DNA of 63,627 nucleotides, filler included, from Octopus bimaculoides (GCF_001194135.2; 6 parts of 6 records of this genome joined end to end with filler, not necessarily neighbours in it), one strand, 5' to 3'. Counted from the whole stretch's first letter, positions 37,225 through 50,809 are shown. The notes: a model not told the origin generated them from the letters alone. Numbers and translations are program-made.

Positions 37225-38504
37225 NNNNNNNNNNNNNNNNNNNNNNNNNNNNNNNNNNNNNNNNNNNNNNNNNNNNNNNNNNNNNNNNNNNNNNNNNNNN
37301 NNNNNNNNNNNNNNNNNNNNNNNNNNNNNNNNNNNNNNNNNNNNNNNNNNNNNNNNNNNNNNNNNNNNNNNNNNNNNNNNNNNNNNNNNNNNNNNNNNNN
37401 NNNNNNNNNNNNNNNNNNNNNNNNNNNNNNNNNNNNNNNNNNNNNNNNNNNNNNNNNNNNNNNNNNNNNNNNNNNNNNNNNNNNNNNNNNNNNNNNNNNN
37501 NNNNNNNNNNNNNNNNNNNNNNNNNNNNNNNNNNNNNNNNNNNNNNNNNNNNNNNNNNNNNNNNNNNNNCTTGTCTTCAAAGGAAAATAACGGAAAAAAA
37601 TACTAATTCATGTACTGCTTCAGTCCAACAAATTCTAAAATGAATTTTAATAAATAATATGATTATATTGCTAAAACTATTTCTCTCACCGTTATTGCAG
37701 CTGTTGCGAACACTGCGACATATTTTCAGTTATTGGTATTCTAATTGTTAACTTACAGAAAGAAAAATATAACCGTTTTTTTTTTCTTTCTTTCTACAAG
37801 CACCATGCCTTGAAACTGTAAACTTAAGTTCAGCTTCATCGGCAATTTCTCTATTCAACCGCTAAATCAATCGAGTAATAAATGTTGTCAAATGAGCAGG
37901 TGTTTTTAACTGTTTTACGTTTAAAACACACAACTATCTTTTAATCAAAGACGAAACTTTACATTTTTGAACTAAAGTTTGGCAATCGACATTATAGCTA
38001 TCGACAGATCATCATCTATCAGTTATCCATTTTTTCCCCCGTTTTACTTTCATTCACACTGTCGTTCTTCGTTGCTATTTTTCTTTCAAATTTTGTATAT
38101 CTTTAAATCACTCTTTTCTGCTGTCATCACATGTTGTCCCTAATTCCATAATGGATACACGTACATATATATATATACATGTGTGTGTGTGTTTGTTTGT
38201 GTGTGTGTGTGTGTGTGTGTATGCATGCGTGTTAGTGTTTGTGTGTGTATGTGTATGCATGCGTGTATGTATATATTGCTGAGGTTATATGAATCTTATA
38301 AGCTTCCATGTGAACATGAAATAATTCCAGCATTCATACTGTTAGTCCCCAATGCTTCTCATTCTCCTGATAAAGGACTGTCATCCAAAACTTAGTAACA
38401 TCACACTTTTGCTGAAGTGCTATTCATTTCGTCACGTGTTGTTTTTTTCTGTGTTGTTTATTCTGTGATATTTTTTCTGTTTATATTTTTTGCGTAAAGT
38501 GTAA

Positions 38505-38720
38505 GGCTGCGAGCTGGCAGAAACGTTAGCACGCCGGGCGAAATGCTTAGCGGTATTTCGTCTGTCTTTACGTTCTAAGTTCAAATTCCACGGAGATCGA
38601 CTTTGCCTTTCGTCCCTTCAGGGTCAATGAATTAAGTAGCAGCTGCGTACTGGGGTCGACCTAATCGACTGGCCTCCTCCCCCAAGATTTCGGGCCTTGT
38701 GCCTAGAGTAGAAAAGAATA
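38505..38720 (+). mobile_element. SINE family A1, full length
   Basis: Head, body and tail match the other A1 copies. Confidence 0.85.
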
Positions 38721-38836
38721 TTTTGCTTGAAGTGTTTATGCTCATACATGTGTACATATATGTGTGTGTATATACCAATATAAACATGTGAAACGATGAA
38801 TCTATTGAATGTTGTCAACGCATACACACACACGCA

Positions 38837-38873
<37 letters not shown>

Positions 38874-38963
38874 GTTGACAATCGTATGATTGTTTTGCTA
38901 CATTTGCCGCACTTGTAGAATGATTTAAGGGTCGAAATGTTATATCTATCTATCTATCTATAC

Positions 38964-38995
<32 letters not shown>

Positions 38996-38996
<1 letters not shown>

Positions 38997-39418
38997 CTCT
39001 TTTATTCTTTTACTCTTTTACTTGTTTCAGTCATTTGACTGCGGCCATGCTGGAGCACTGCCTTCAGTCGAACAAATCGACCCCAGGACTTATTCTTTGT
39101 AAGCCTAGTATTTATTCTATCGGTCTCTTTTTGCCGAACCGCTAAGTTACGGGGACGTAAACACACCAGCATCGCATGTCAAGCGATGGTGGGGGGACAA
39201 ACACAGACAAACAAACACACATGCATACATATATATATATATATATACATATATACGACGGGCTTCTTTCAGTTTCCGTCTACCAAATCCACTCACAAGG
39301 CTTTGGTCGGCCCGAGGCTATAGTAGAAGACACTTGCCCAAGATGCCACGCAGTGAGACTGAACCCGGAACCATGTGATTGGTGAGCTAGCTACTTAGCA
39401 CACAGCCACTCCTGCACC
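38996..39418 (-). mobile_element. SINE family D, full length with an internal microsatellite
   Basis: Reverse complement: GGTGCAGGAGTGGCTGTGTG..GGTTCCGGGTTCAGTCTC..CTTGGGCAAGTGTCTT..(TA/TG)n..GGGGTCGATTTGTTCGACT..GCTCCAGCATGGCCGCAGTC..GTAAAAGAGTAAAAG. Confidence 0.9.
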
Positions 39419-40229
39419 NNNNNNNNNNNNNNNNNNNNNNNNNNNNNNNNNNNNNNNNNNNNNNNNNNNNNNNNNNNNNNNNNNNNNNNNNNNNNNNNNN
39501 NNNNNNNNNNNNNNNNNNNNNNNNNNNNNNNNNNNNNNNNNNNNNNNNNNNNNNNNNNNNNNNNNNNNNNNNNNNNNNNNNNNNNNNNNNNNNNNNNNNN
39601 NNNNNNNNNNNNNNNNNNNNNNNNNNNNNNNNNNNNNNNNNNNNNNNNNNNNNNNNNNNNNNNNNNNNNNNNNNNNNNNNNNNNNNNNNNNNNNNNNNNN
39701 TATATATATATATATATGCATACATGAAAAGAGAAGGAGAGAGAAGGCCTAAAACATGAAAAAATAAGAAAAAATTGAGAAAGAACATCTTTTGTTAATT
39801 TTTTTTATTAAGAAACAAACTTTTCTTTAGTAATATATAAAGAAGTTTTATTTTCAGGACACCGTTGTGATTTGAACGGATGTTTAGAATAAGGGTGTTG
39901 TCGTTGTGGGTTTTGTGTGTTTAAATCATTGTAAAATGGGGTAGATAGGAAAAAGAGATACGCAGAGAGTTTGTAGTAATGTGTTAATGAAACGATAGGT
40001 ATAGCATCTAAATTAGTCTAATGGCGGAAATTAGTAAATTATCCTATAAATTATTCAGTTATGAAATTGTGCAAGGACACAGAAATATTGTTATATCATG
40101 CATTCATGTTTTTATAGGTGATTAAATGAGGTTAGTATACAAATGAATGTATATCTACATAGACAGCAAACGACTATTATACATATAGAAGCAAATTCTT
40201 ACACTCACGTGTGTGCGTGCGTGTGTGTA

Positions 40230-40505
<276 letters not shown>

Positions 40506-40511
40506 TATACG

Positions 40512-41043
40512 TATACTTGTCTTTTACTTGTTACAGTGATTAGACTGCGACCATGCTGGGGCACCAACTTAAAGAATTTTAGTCGAATGAATCGACCGCA
40601 GTATTAATTCTGCTAAAGCTGGTACTTATTTTATCGGTCTGTTTGGCCGAAACACTAAGTTACGGGGATGTAAACACATCGACACCAGTTCTCAAGCGGT
40701 GATAGGAAACACACACACACACACCATACGCACACGCACACACACCACACACACATATGTATACATACACATATATTCATGTGTGTATGTGTGTGTAGTC
40801 ATCAGGCTGCGGTCATGCTGGAGCACTTCTCAAAAGAGTTTCAGGAGAACGAGTCGACATCAGTATTTAAATTCTTTCAAAGCTTTGCACTTATTCAATC
40901 ACTCTCCTATGCCGAAACTTTAAGTTACGGGGCGCAAACAAACTGACACCGGTTGTCAAGCGGTGGGGGACAAACACATACACACACACACACACACACA
41001 TGTATATATATATATACGACGGGCTTCTTTCAGTTTCTGTCTA
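40512..41043 (-). mobile_element. Two adjacent partial SINE family D copies (about 40512-40710 and 40795-41043)
   Basis: Repeated TGCG.CCATGCTGG..TAAGTTACGGGG..GTCAAGCGGTG units. Confidence 0.8.
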
Positions 41044-41617
41044 TCAAACACGTTCATATGGCTGCCTATCTGTCTATTTGTCTATCTGTCTGTCTGTCTA
41101 TCTATCTATCCTCTCTCTCTCTCCTCTACCTCCCCTCTCTCTTTATCTATCTATCAAGTAAATGTGTTGAACTGTAAAAGAAAGAAAACACACAACGCAG
41201 CTACACACACACACACACATACACACACACATACACACACAGAGCCTGAAAGACCCACTAGACTCTAATTGTTTTAGCTCCAGCGCACAGTTTCAGATCA
41301 AATCACGTACTTGACAAATAGAATCCACTTCCAGATGCCATCTGAATTCATAAGCATCTTTATTGTCTTTTCGCACTTGATTCATCAACTTTGTCCTCGC
41401 CCGCTTAATCAAACTCGCACATCTCATCTGTTGGTAATATTTCCAGCTTCCGAGTTCAGGCTCTGCACTCTGCCCCTCTTCCGAGAAGTTTCATTTATGT
41501 TACAGTTATACGTCAGTTGTAAATTATATAATTTTTGGGGGGATGTGTGGGTAAACAGATAATTACAGAAAATAGGTATTTATAAAAGAAATCACTAAAA
41601 CAAAGATCATATAAACC

Positions 41618-41730
<113 letters not shown>

Positions 41731-42199
41731 AAATTTAATACGTATGCTAAATATCCCAACAAACCAATGTATAACACAATATGCACGTAGGTAGAGACAA
41801 ATAGATAATAAGTTGAGTATATGAATATACACATATTAATGTAAGACAATATAAGATTATAACAAAGGGTTACTAGAAAAGGGAACTGAAATGGCTCCGA
41901 GAAACAGAACCAGATGGCGACCTCTATTATTTAGCAATCAGTATATCATAATGACACAAAGTTAGTCGGAACTAAATTACTCATTGCTAATGTTAAATCG
42001 TAATGTTGTGTCCAGGGTAGTGGGAAGATCTAGAATAAAAAAATCAATACTATATATGGAAACCAAAAGCAGAGTTTTCAGTAAAGTAACGAACGTGCTA
42101 AGAAAGGTAGTGGCAACAGTGTTTGGGGCTCCACATGCCACGTAGTGCTCCAATGCCACCAACATACATAAATTAGTGATTGTCTTTCTGAGTATAATA

Positions 42200-42884
42200 G
42201 AAAGACATGTTACATAGGTCGTGCATTTAATTATTATTTCATCGCGCTGATTAATTAGATTCGAATTTACAACTATTTCTAATGATTCAGATATGCATAA
42301 CTCACATCTGCCTCCACACTTATATAACGCTCTGCAGCACGTACAGCCGATTTCATAATCCACGTTTTTATGGGTGAACATCCATATATATTTCGCTAAT
42401 TAAGTGAACCGAGCATTATTTCTATCTCTAAAAGTGTTTTGTGGTTGTTCTACCAGAATTTGAATTTAGAAGTTGCTTCTGTATATACATGCACTTTAGC
42501 GAGTACACGTACAGAGCATTTCTACACAATATTCTTCATAGGGCATAAGTTATTAAGTAGACAAAGATATTTATTCCTAAACTTACTTATTATTCAGGTT
42601 GGTAGGATTGCCGGATCCCATTATAACCCTGCTTGCAGAGCAGCAATTAAGATTTCACATACCAACAAATGGGCTATTTAAGTTGGATAGGGTATTAATT
42701 TTAACTGAAGGTCTCGATATATGGTTAAATCTAATGGGGACATGGATCTCTTAGCAGAGACAAGACTCAGTTTGACATTGTTAAATGCTGCTATATTTTC
42801 AACAATATTTAGCGTAGTGGAGCAGACCAATTTGACCATACCTGTTGAAAAATTTTCTGTACTGGCTACAGCCAGGGAAATGCC

Positions 42885-42885
<1 letters not shown>
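42200..42885 (-). mobile_element. Penelope-like element, decayed GIY-YIG endonuclease region
   Basis: RHFPGCSQYRKFFNR..; RNKYLCLLNNLCPMKNIV*KC..VYTEAT..NNHK; LAKYIWMFTHKNVDYEIG..YKCGGRCELCISESLEIV..LINQRDEIIIKC, the typical PLE thumb/GIY-YIG C-terminal motifs. Confidence 0.75.
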
Positions 42886-42937
<52 letters not shown>

Positions 42938-43134
42938 TAATAATAATAATAGGAAAAGATATACGATAAAGAAGAAAGAAAAGTTGAGAGATATGACAGG
43001 TTAGCTTGGAAAGTGTTTACGTATGTGTGCGTGTGTGTATGCATGTATAAATTTGTATGAGGATATGTGTACGCATATGTATATATGCATGTGCGTATGT
43101 GTGCATTTATGTATTTATGTATGTATGTCATTGT

Positions 43135-43182
<48 letters not shown>

Positions 43183-43595
43183 TGCTCATGTTCTTACCAA
43201 AATTGATTTCGCAGTTTAGCTTTCTATCTTCTACCCTAAAACCATTCAATTTGTTAATTAAAAAAATAATAACATTAAGAATAAAATAAATCAACAACAT
43301 TTTACAAAAATTGCCTTAATTAACGATTTGTAATGATTTCTCCCGATTATTAACGATTATTTGTTTAGCTTTCACTTGCAATCAATGTATTTTGTTTCAT
43401 CCTGTCCGCCATATTATATGTACAAGTCCGCAAGGTAACCGAAAACAAATATTACTTTAAAAAAAAAAACACGTTAATAGATGACGGTAAAAGCTAATAC
43501 GTAAATGTATCAAAAATAAATCAAAAGTTCGTAAAATCTTTAGTTTTATATACAGACTAGACTACTCGTGATCCGTTGGATTACCAATAGTTCAG

Positions 43596-43875
43596 GGTAC
43601 CAGAAAAAACTACGTATCTCAGAGCCCGTGGTCCGATTTACACGAAGCTTGTTTTATTCCATTTGAATTCACATTTCGATGGTACTTTACTTTCAAAGCA
43701 TCTTTTCCATTATGCGTTGGTTTGACTATTTATAAAGGTACCCGAAAAAACCGCGTATATCTGGAACTCGTGGTCCGATTTACGCGAAATTTGTCTTATT
43801 CTGTTTGTATTCCTATTTCAGGGGCGTCTTACTTTCAGAGTATTTTTCCGTTATGCACCGGTTTGGCTGTATTAA
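43596..43875. repeat. Two diverged ~141-bp tandem units
   Basis: GGTACC.GAAAAAAC..CGTGGTCCGATTTAC.CGAA..TACTTTCA.AG.AT.TT.TCC.TTATGC..GGTTTG at 43596 and 43737. Confidence 0.75.
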
Positions 43876-43948
43876 ATTGCAGACAAGCATGTACGCAAGC
43901 AAGCACGCACGCAAGCAAGAACACAAGCAAGCAATCACAGAGGTTTAG

Positions 43949-43985
<37 letters not shown>

Positions 43986-43990
43986 GGATG

Positions 43991-44038
<48 letters not shown>
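43949..44038. repeat. (GATA)n tract abutting the Tx1 LINE 3' end
   Basis: Read directly. Confidence 0.9.
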
Positions 44039-44039
<1 letters not shown>

Positions 44040-44040
44040 C

Positions 44041-45905
44041 TTTCTTTATAAGCCACACAGGGCCAAACGCAGAGGGGACAAAATATAATGTAGAGCTTTT
44101 CTTTTCGAGAGAAAAAGGGGAAAATAGAGAAAGAAAAAGAAAATAAATTTCCGATCAAAAGTGATCGTGTAAAAAAAAAACATCAAAAGGGATCGTGTAT
44201 CACAGTAAAAGAGTAAAAATGTGAAAAAAGACATTAGGTTTATCCGTGGAAAGAAAAGCCTGCGAAAAGACCACGGTAACCTCGGGCAATGAAATACAAA
44301 AGTACATTAGAGTGAAGTACTCTCTTTGTCTTTCTCTTTGGTTCATAGGACTACATCAAGGTGGCTCCGTCATTCACACGTGCCATCCTTTCTACATTCA
44401 CCCATCTTTTCCTGAAACATTCACTAGACAAAACTTCCGTCTCCACTCTCACCTTCCTTTTCAAGTGATACTTGAAAAAGTTGATGACTTATTGACCAGA
44501 GAAGAAAGTGTTTATTTCTAGGCCTTTCAAATGCGTTCACCATACACATTCTTTCGCTATAGCCACTAGTATAATGGAAACAGCTCTTCCTTCCCGTTTG
44601 AAGGAAGGAGGCGGGGCAATATTAACGATATACTCGGCTGATAAACCAACTCGTCTCATACGTGACAACAGTTGTTCGATATAAGCCCACAAGTCGGAAA
44701 TGGTTTGTCGCCAGCTTCCGCAGTAGTAGCTCGAGAGTCAATACGTACAGAAGCGACGAGAAGGGGCATCCCTCACGTACCGAACGTGCAATGTTGAATG
44801 GTCATTCACGCAAACTACTGAACGGTTGCCGCTGTATAAGGCAGCAATCCAGCCGCAGAAAACTGGACTGAAACCAGCCGCTATGAGGACAGCCTCCAAG
44901 TATCGATGGCCTACTGTATCGAAAGCTTTGGATTGATCCAAATTGATAAGCGCCCCACCCATGCCAGGTTCCTTAGCTACTCTGTCTATGATGTAGTACA
45001 TCAGATGGAGGTTGTCTTGGATACTCACGGCGCACGTTTGCGCCTTGTTGACCAGTTTCTCGATGACAAGCGCCAACCTCTTGGCTAACACCTTGGCCAA
45101 AATCTTCAAATCTGCATTGAGCAGAGTGATGGGCCTGAAGTTATCTATGACGTTCCCCTTGTTTGGATCTTTCTTTAGCAGTGCCACCGCTTCTAGCTTC
45201 ACAGAAACGAGGATACACCCGTTTTGCTGCCAGTTGCAGTAGACCGCTGCCAAGACGCCTCCAAACAAGTCTGGCATATGACAATAGAGTTTGTAGGGCA
45301 GACCATCCAAGCCTGGCGACTTGTCTCACGCACAGCCTGCCATCACATCTCGTACGTCCGCAGCCGTGATGGGTCTTTCACAACACTCTGCCTATCTTGC
45401 CGAGAGTCGTGGCAGACCATGCAGGTAGGCTCTGAAGTCCACCCTGCGTTCTGGCTCACCAGTTGTCCCGAACAGTCGGGCAAAGTGCTGTTGTAAGGCC
45501 TCACACATTTTTCTAGACTCGACTAATTGGCGTCTCTATTGATCTATCAGAGACCGAATAGTGACTTTGTTGCCTTGTTGCGCCTCTCGGGCCTCTCCCG
45601 CGGTTCCAATACCTTCGTTTCTTAGAACACACATCCTATGTCTGTCAACGCATCCTTCGTGTTTGGCATTGCAATGTTGGTCAAGGGCCAACCTCGCTGC
45701 CAATACGTTGGATTCGATGCCACTTCTAATTGCCTCTTCTATTTTCTTAACTAGATCTCCCTCTATTTTATTCCTATCTATTGCTAGGGCTTTACTATAC
45801 CTAATAGATTCTGCTTTTATTGATCTTTTGAGGGCAAACCACCGTTTGTTGTTGACGATGGCTCCCGCCAAAGCCCTCCTCACTACTGTGCCAATCTGGT
45901 CTCTT
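44041..45905 (-). mobile_element. Tx1/L1-clade LINE: partial ORF2 (linker and N-terminal RT), internal deletion, C-terminus and 3' UTR
   Basis: KSPGLDGLPY, NFRPITLLNADLKILAKVLAKRL, QDNLHL and LINLDQSKAFD RT motifs; C-terminus ..KECVW..FFKYHLK..KRWV. The 3' end is TTTGTCCCCTCTGCGTTTGGCCCTGTGTGGCTTATAAAGAAAG followed by (TATC)n. Confidence 0.9.
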
Positions 45906-46723
45906 TATTACTTTGTATACGATTGTTTTTTTATGTTTTCTATTATATTTTCTGGGATGTGTAAATGTAGATTGGAACCCTGTTTAATTAGCAGGGATTT
46001 GGTTGGGTTTGGTTTATCTCGTGTGTTGTGAAGGCTACTACAGTTCTTTTTTGCTTTAATGCCTCAGCAAAATTTGTTTTGTTCTTGTTGTTGTTGATGT
46101 CCCTGGTGGAGGTAGTGGTAGTGGTGGTGGTGGTGGTGGTGGTGNNNNNNNNNNNNNNNNNNNNNNNNNNNNNNNNNNNNNNNNNNNNNNNNNNNNNNNN
46201 NNNNNNNNNNNNNNNNNNNNNNNNNNNNNNNNNNNNNNNNNNNNNNNNNNNNNNNNNNNNNNNNNNNNNNNNNNNNNNNNNNNNNNNNNNNNNNNNNNNN
46301 NNNNNNNNNNNNNNNNNNNNNNNNNNNNNNNNNNNNNNNNNNNNNNNNNNNNNNNNNNNNNNNNNNNNNNNNNNNNNNNNNNNNNNNNNNNNNNNNNNNN
46401 NNNNNNNNNNNNNNNNNNNNNNNNNNNNNNNNNNNNNNNNNNNNNNNNNNNNNNNNNNNNNNNNNNNNNNNNNNNNNNNNNNNNNNNNNNNNNNNNNNNN
46501 NNNNNNNNNNNNNNNNNNNNNNNNNNNNNNNNNNNNNNNNNNNNNNNNNNNNNNNNNNNNNNNNNNNNNNNNNNNNNNNNNNNNNNNNNNNNNNNNNNNN
46601 NNNNNNNNNNNNNNNNNNNNNNNNNNNNNNNNNNNNNNNNNNNNNNNNNNNNNNNNNNNNNNNNNNNNNNNNNNNNNNNNNNNNNNNNNNNNNNNNNNNN
46701 NNNNNNNNNNNNNNNNNNNNNNN

Positions 46724-46850
46724 NCAGACAGGCGTTCTTCTCTGTGCGTTCAGGTGGAACGACTAGCATCATAGGAATGCTGACCTCCTGGTTTGATTTA
46801 GCCATTTTCGCTTCGAAGGTGGCGAAGAAAACCGAAGAAAATTCTTAAAT
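46724..46850 (-). mobile_element. Possible 5' end / ORF1 start of the Tx1 LINE
   Basis: ATG at 46805 (MAKSNQEVSIPMMLVVPPERTEKNACL..) on the same strand, upstream of the ORF2 fragment; runs into a gap. Confidence 0.3.
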
Positions 46851-47034
46851 TTTAGAAATTCACACACAAAGGGGTAATTTCCTATTAAAAGATTTACCTA
46901 GGTTGAAAGGGGAAGATGTTAAACAACTCTTTCATAACAGAAATTTAACAACAAACAGTTTTTTTTCCACTCGAAAAAAAAAAAAAAAAGCCAACATACT
47001 TGGAGCAGATTTGTCAACAATCCATTCACATCGG

Positions 47035-47075
<41 letters not shown>

Positions 47076-47371
47076 CAAGCACGCAAGTAAGAACGACGAA
47101 AGTAAACAATCTCAAAGAAGTTTTAGTGCTGCAGATGTACCTACAACCAAAAATCGATACATTTTTCTTTCGCTGACAAGCTTCTGCGGGAGTCAACCAG
47201 AAGCCCCTGTTAGTCACCCGTTAGTTTTAAACTGGTTCATATAGAAATCAAACCCCTATTACCGTACTCAAGTGTTTTCGTGGTTACATGAGTTGACAGC
47301 TCTTGTATACATTATCTATCTATATGTATGTATATATATATCTTGTTTTTTTACCTCCTCTTAACTTGTAT

Positions 47372-47775
47372 TTGTTTCTTTCTTCCCGTTGCAGATGGAC
47401 AAGGAAGACGTATTCTTGTCTGTCTCCTGTCCAAGCTTGTTTCTTCGCGTTCGCCACCACAACCTCGTTTAGGCTTAGTAGCCCTTCCTGCTTATTTTCA
47501 CTGTCCTGTTTCTGTCAATAATTTTCACCCTCCGCAAAATCCCAAATTTTATTTAATTTGCTTTATGGGAACAACTGTTTTATTGAAGGCGTATCTTGTC
47601 GTGAATTACTCGAAATACGGATTAGAAAAACAGCCGACAACTGATGAAGGGTCGTTCTTTATATTGTTTGTCTTATTTTCCGTTTGTTTCTTTCGTTGCT
47701 CGCAAAAAAGTTCATATTCTATGTCTTCGTACTTCGTATTTTTTGTTGCTTACGTTTTGTGACGTCCTGTACCCA
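47372..47775 (+). mobile_element. Unclassified dispersed repeat (second copy of the ~290-bp family, with a different 3' extension)
   Basis: Homologous to 36795-37075 up to CAACTGATGAAG; flanked by microsatellites. Confidence 0.7.
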
Positions 47776-47843
47776 CATATGCATATGTATATACATATAC
47801 ATGTATGTACGTATACGTATGTATATATTCACACACACACACA

Positions 47844-47900
<57 letters not shown>

Positions 47901-49619
47901 TCACATATATGTATATTTATACATACAGATAGATATAAATATAGATATAATTCTTTACCAAGAATAGTATTGACAATGAATTGTTGTCCATTTACACCTG
48001 AGTGGACTAGTGGAACGTGAAATGAAGTGTTTTGCTCAAGAACGTAACGTGCCACCTGATCCCGAAATCGAACCTACTATCTGGAATTCGTGAGTGCAAC
48101 ACCCTAACCAGTACACCACTTGCCTTCACAGTGACTCTCTATATACTGAGCTGCAGTAAGCCATTTATTTGCTCAGGGGTTATCTCATTGAAAATCTTAG
48201 ATAACGGTATATTGTTTCTATTTTATGAACCAACTATACGATGAACCAATTGTTCCTAAGTGCATTTAATAGAAACAGCACCATTATGACTAATGCATTG
48301 ATTATGCTAATCTGTATTATATGTGCTACTTCAACCTGGCTCTATATTTTGATTGTGATATTCCTGATCAATATCAGCTAAATATTCAGACAAATTTTTA
48401 TGGTTGAAATTTTGGATATTTTAAAATAATAATTATCGATTTTCCTGTTAAAAATAATCTCTAAAAAAAAAATCATCATTTAAATATTTGAAGATGAATT
48501 TTTAAAAAGAAATAGGAGAGAATAAAATAAAATAAAATAAAGAAAAATTATTGACAACTGTAAAAATGTTTTCCCAAGTTAAGAAGTGGTTCTAGTGTGT
48601 GTATTTATCTGAATATCTATGTTTATGTATAAACACACGCACACATATATACATACATGCATATATACGCACGCTGATACAGACATAGAGGCATGCACAT
48701 TCTTTTATTTAATGTGTCTGTAAATAACTGTGCGCAAAGAAAAACTTTTGCTCGCTTTCTGACTTTTTTCTCTAACCCTCTCTCTCTCTCTCCTACACCA
48801 CATATATTCCTCAGTCATCTCCGTGTAAAAAATCAAAAGGAAAGCGTTAATAAAGAGGAAATATCATTTTCTAATAACAAAATTGCTATTTCCTGACTAA
48901 TAGCTAAAAGGTGGGCCATCAAAGATTATGCTGTCTGTTAAAGGAAGTGGTATAATAAATTAAGAAAGTCTATTGATTCTTATAAAAATAAATTCTCGTT
49001 ATAGCCGCTAGCATTTCTGTGAAAATGTTACCAAGTGTCTTTGCACTTTTATTATCAAACCAGCAAAGAATTTTCCCGTTGAAATAAAACTGTTATCGTT
49101 TTCGGATGTATTGCAAGCCATTGTAAGCTCAGATGTTTAAGAAAATTTTGCAGACTTAAATGACAACTAACTTCTGAAATTAGAATCAATATTTTATATA
49201 AATTTCAGAAAAATACAGACATTCAGTGTTTTTATATTTCGGAAGAGTTATAATTATAGAACCTATAAACAAACCAATGGCTGTTTGTCGAAGAATATAG
49301 TTCGCTTCACAAAAGCTTTAGGAAGACAGAAAGGAAGAAAAAGAAGGGACATGTATTCTAAAACAATTAATAATCGATGTAGCTGGGTGTTTATAGGATT
49401 TATGAATTATGACTCTTGCCAAATATAACATTATTGGTTTTGATACACGGTTGCAGATCAAAATTGTTGAAAAAATAAATAATAAATTCAAAATTGTAAA
49501 AATTGACATTTCAATGTTTTTCTAGGCGGTGTAAGTTAACTACCCTGCAGACACACTCACAGAGGAACACGCACACATACCCATAGGAAACATCCAAAAA
49601 CACATGGACACACACCATG

Positions 49620-49685
49620 GATGTAGCCAGAGTTTCGGCCGAAGGGATTCTCAATTATTAAAGTGGATCCCTCATCAATCAACCG
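49620..49685 (-). ncRNA. Degenerate hammerhead-like motif with a long stem II
   Basis: Minus strand TTGATGA-GGGAT..18 nt..ATCCC-TTCGGCC-GAAAC-TCTGGCTA. Stems I and III are imperfect. Confidence 0.35.
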
Positions 49686-49867
49686 TATGTTTACACGTCC
49701 ATAAGTCTTGGAGGTGGGAGTTGTTTGAACTTGTCGAATGCCCGCTGGTATATATGTATGTGCGTGTACACACACACACATGCGTGTTCTTTTCGTCATC
49801 CTCAAGCAATCCTTATTCGGGGACCTTTTGAACAGGATGGGATGCTCGATCCGAAAAAAATCCTAAC

Positions 49868-50045
49868 TGGACCCCACCCGCAAGGTCATGCGCTGTTTAT
49901 CTTAGTACGAGGTCAGCACGTCGAGCACATATGGTTGTGATGCATGTGCCTGGTGTACCCTTATCAGACGGGTTGCCATGATGGGTATATCGGGCTTCCC
50001 ATATTTCTACCCCAGTGTCACTTTGATGGCATGCTCTGTTCTCTC
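49868..50045 (+). mobile_element. Retroposon family F
   Basis: Matches 17700-17870 and 35095-35230. Confidence 0.8.
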
Positions 50046-50809
50046 ATACACACACGCACACACACACACACACAAGTATTTCTGACTATTACATTTTGAA
50101 ACTCCAAAGCACTTCAGAATCGATAAAAAATAACCCCACCTTGTTCGTGAATGTCCATGAAGATGAAGTCATTTGAATAAATACACCGCAATACGAAGTG
50201 AACAGGGCTTGAGTGCATCACAAAGATTAACGCAGATTTATTTTGGCTTCTTATTCATCTGTAAAGGTAACAAGTGTCCATCATGCTGATTCTAAGATAA
50301 AAACATAAGCTATACTGTCAGTACTTCATGATAAAGTGAAGAGTGTCCATTGCATTGAGCGAAACTGTTTTGTAAACGGCAATGGTTACAGTTGCTCTTA
50401 TTTACGCTTTGTAAAAATGGCATCAGGTGGGAGAAACAGACTAATGACTATTCTTAAGTAGAATTCGCTGCAACAATTACGTCTGTTTCTTTGGCAAATC
50501 ATACATTTCGGTCAATGGCAGTTAATAATAGCAAAACTTAGGCGACTGGCTGAAGTGAAATATTGAAAACTGAGGAGCTGAAAAGAAGAGCTGTGTTAAG
50601 AAATAAAGAGAAAAATGTCTGCGAACGAAAACACGTATAAGTTTTATTTGAATGAGGAACAATCCTAATTAGATGGCGGTTAGATGATCATATGAAAAAC
50701 GATTGGAGGAATATGGAAAACAAGGGACAATATGTAGAAGCAAGGCAGGGAGTAGGACATTGATGTTTGTCAATAAAGAAAGTAATAACAGGATGTTTGT
50801 TGATATTGG

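Noticed and set aside
47636-47670. CTGATGAAG at 47641 and on the minus strand at about 36798-36806 as hammerhead cores
   Set aside because: No GAAA or stem I pairing follows in these copies.
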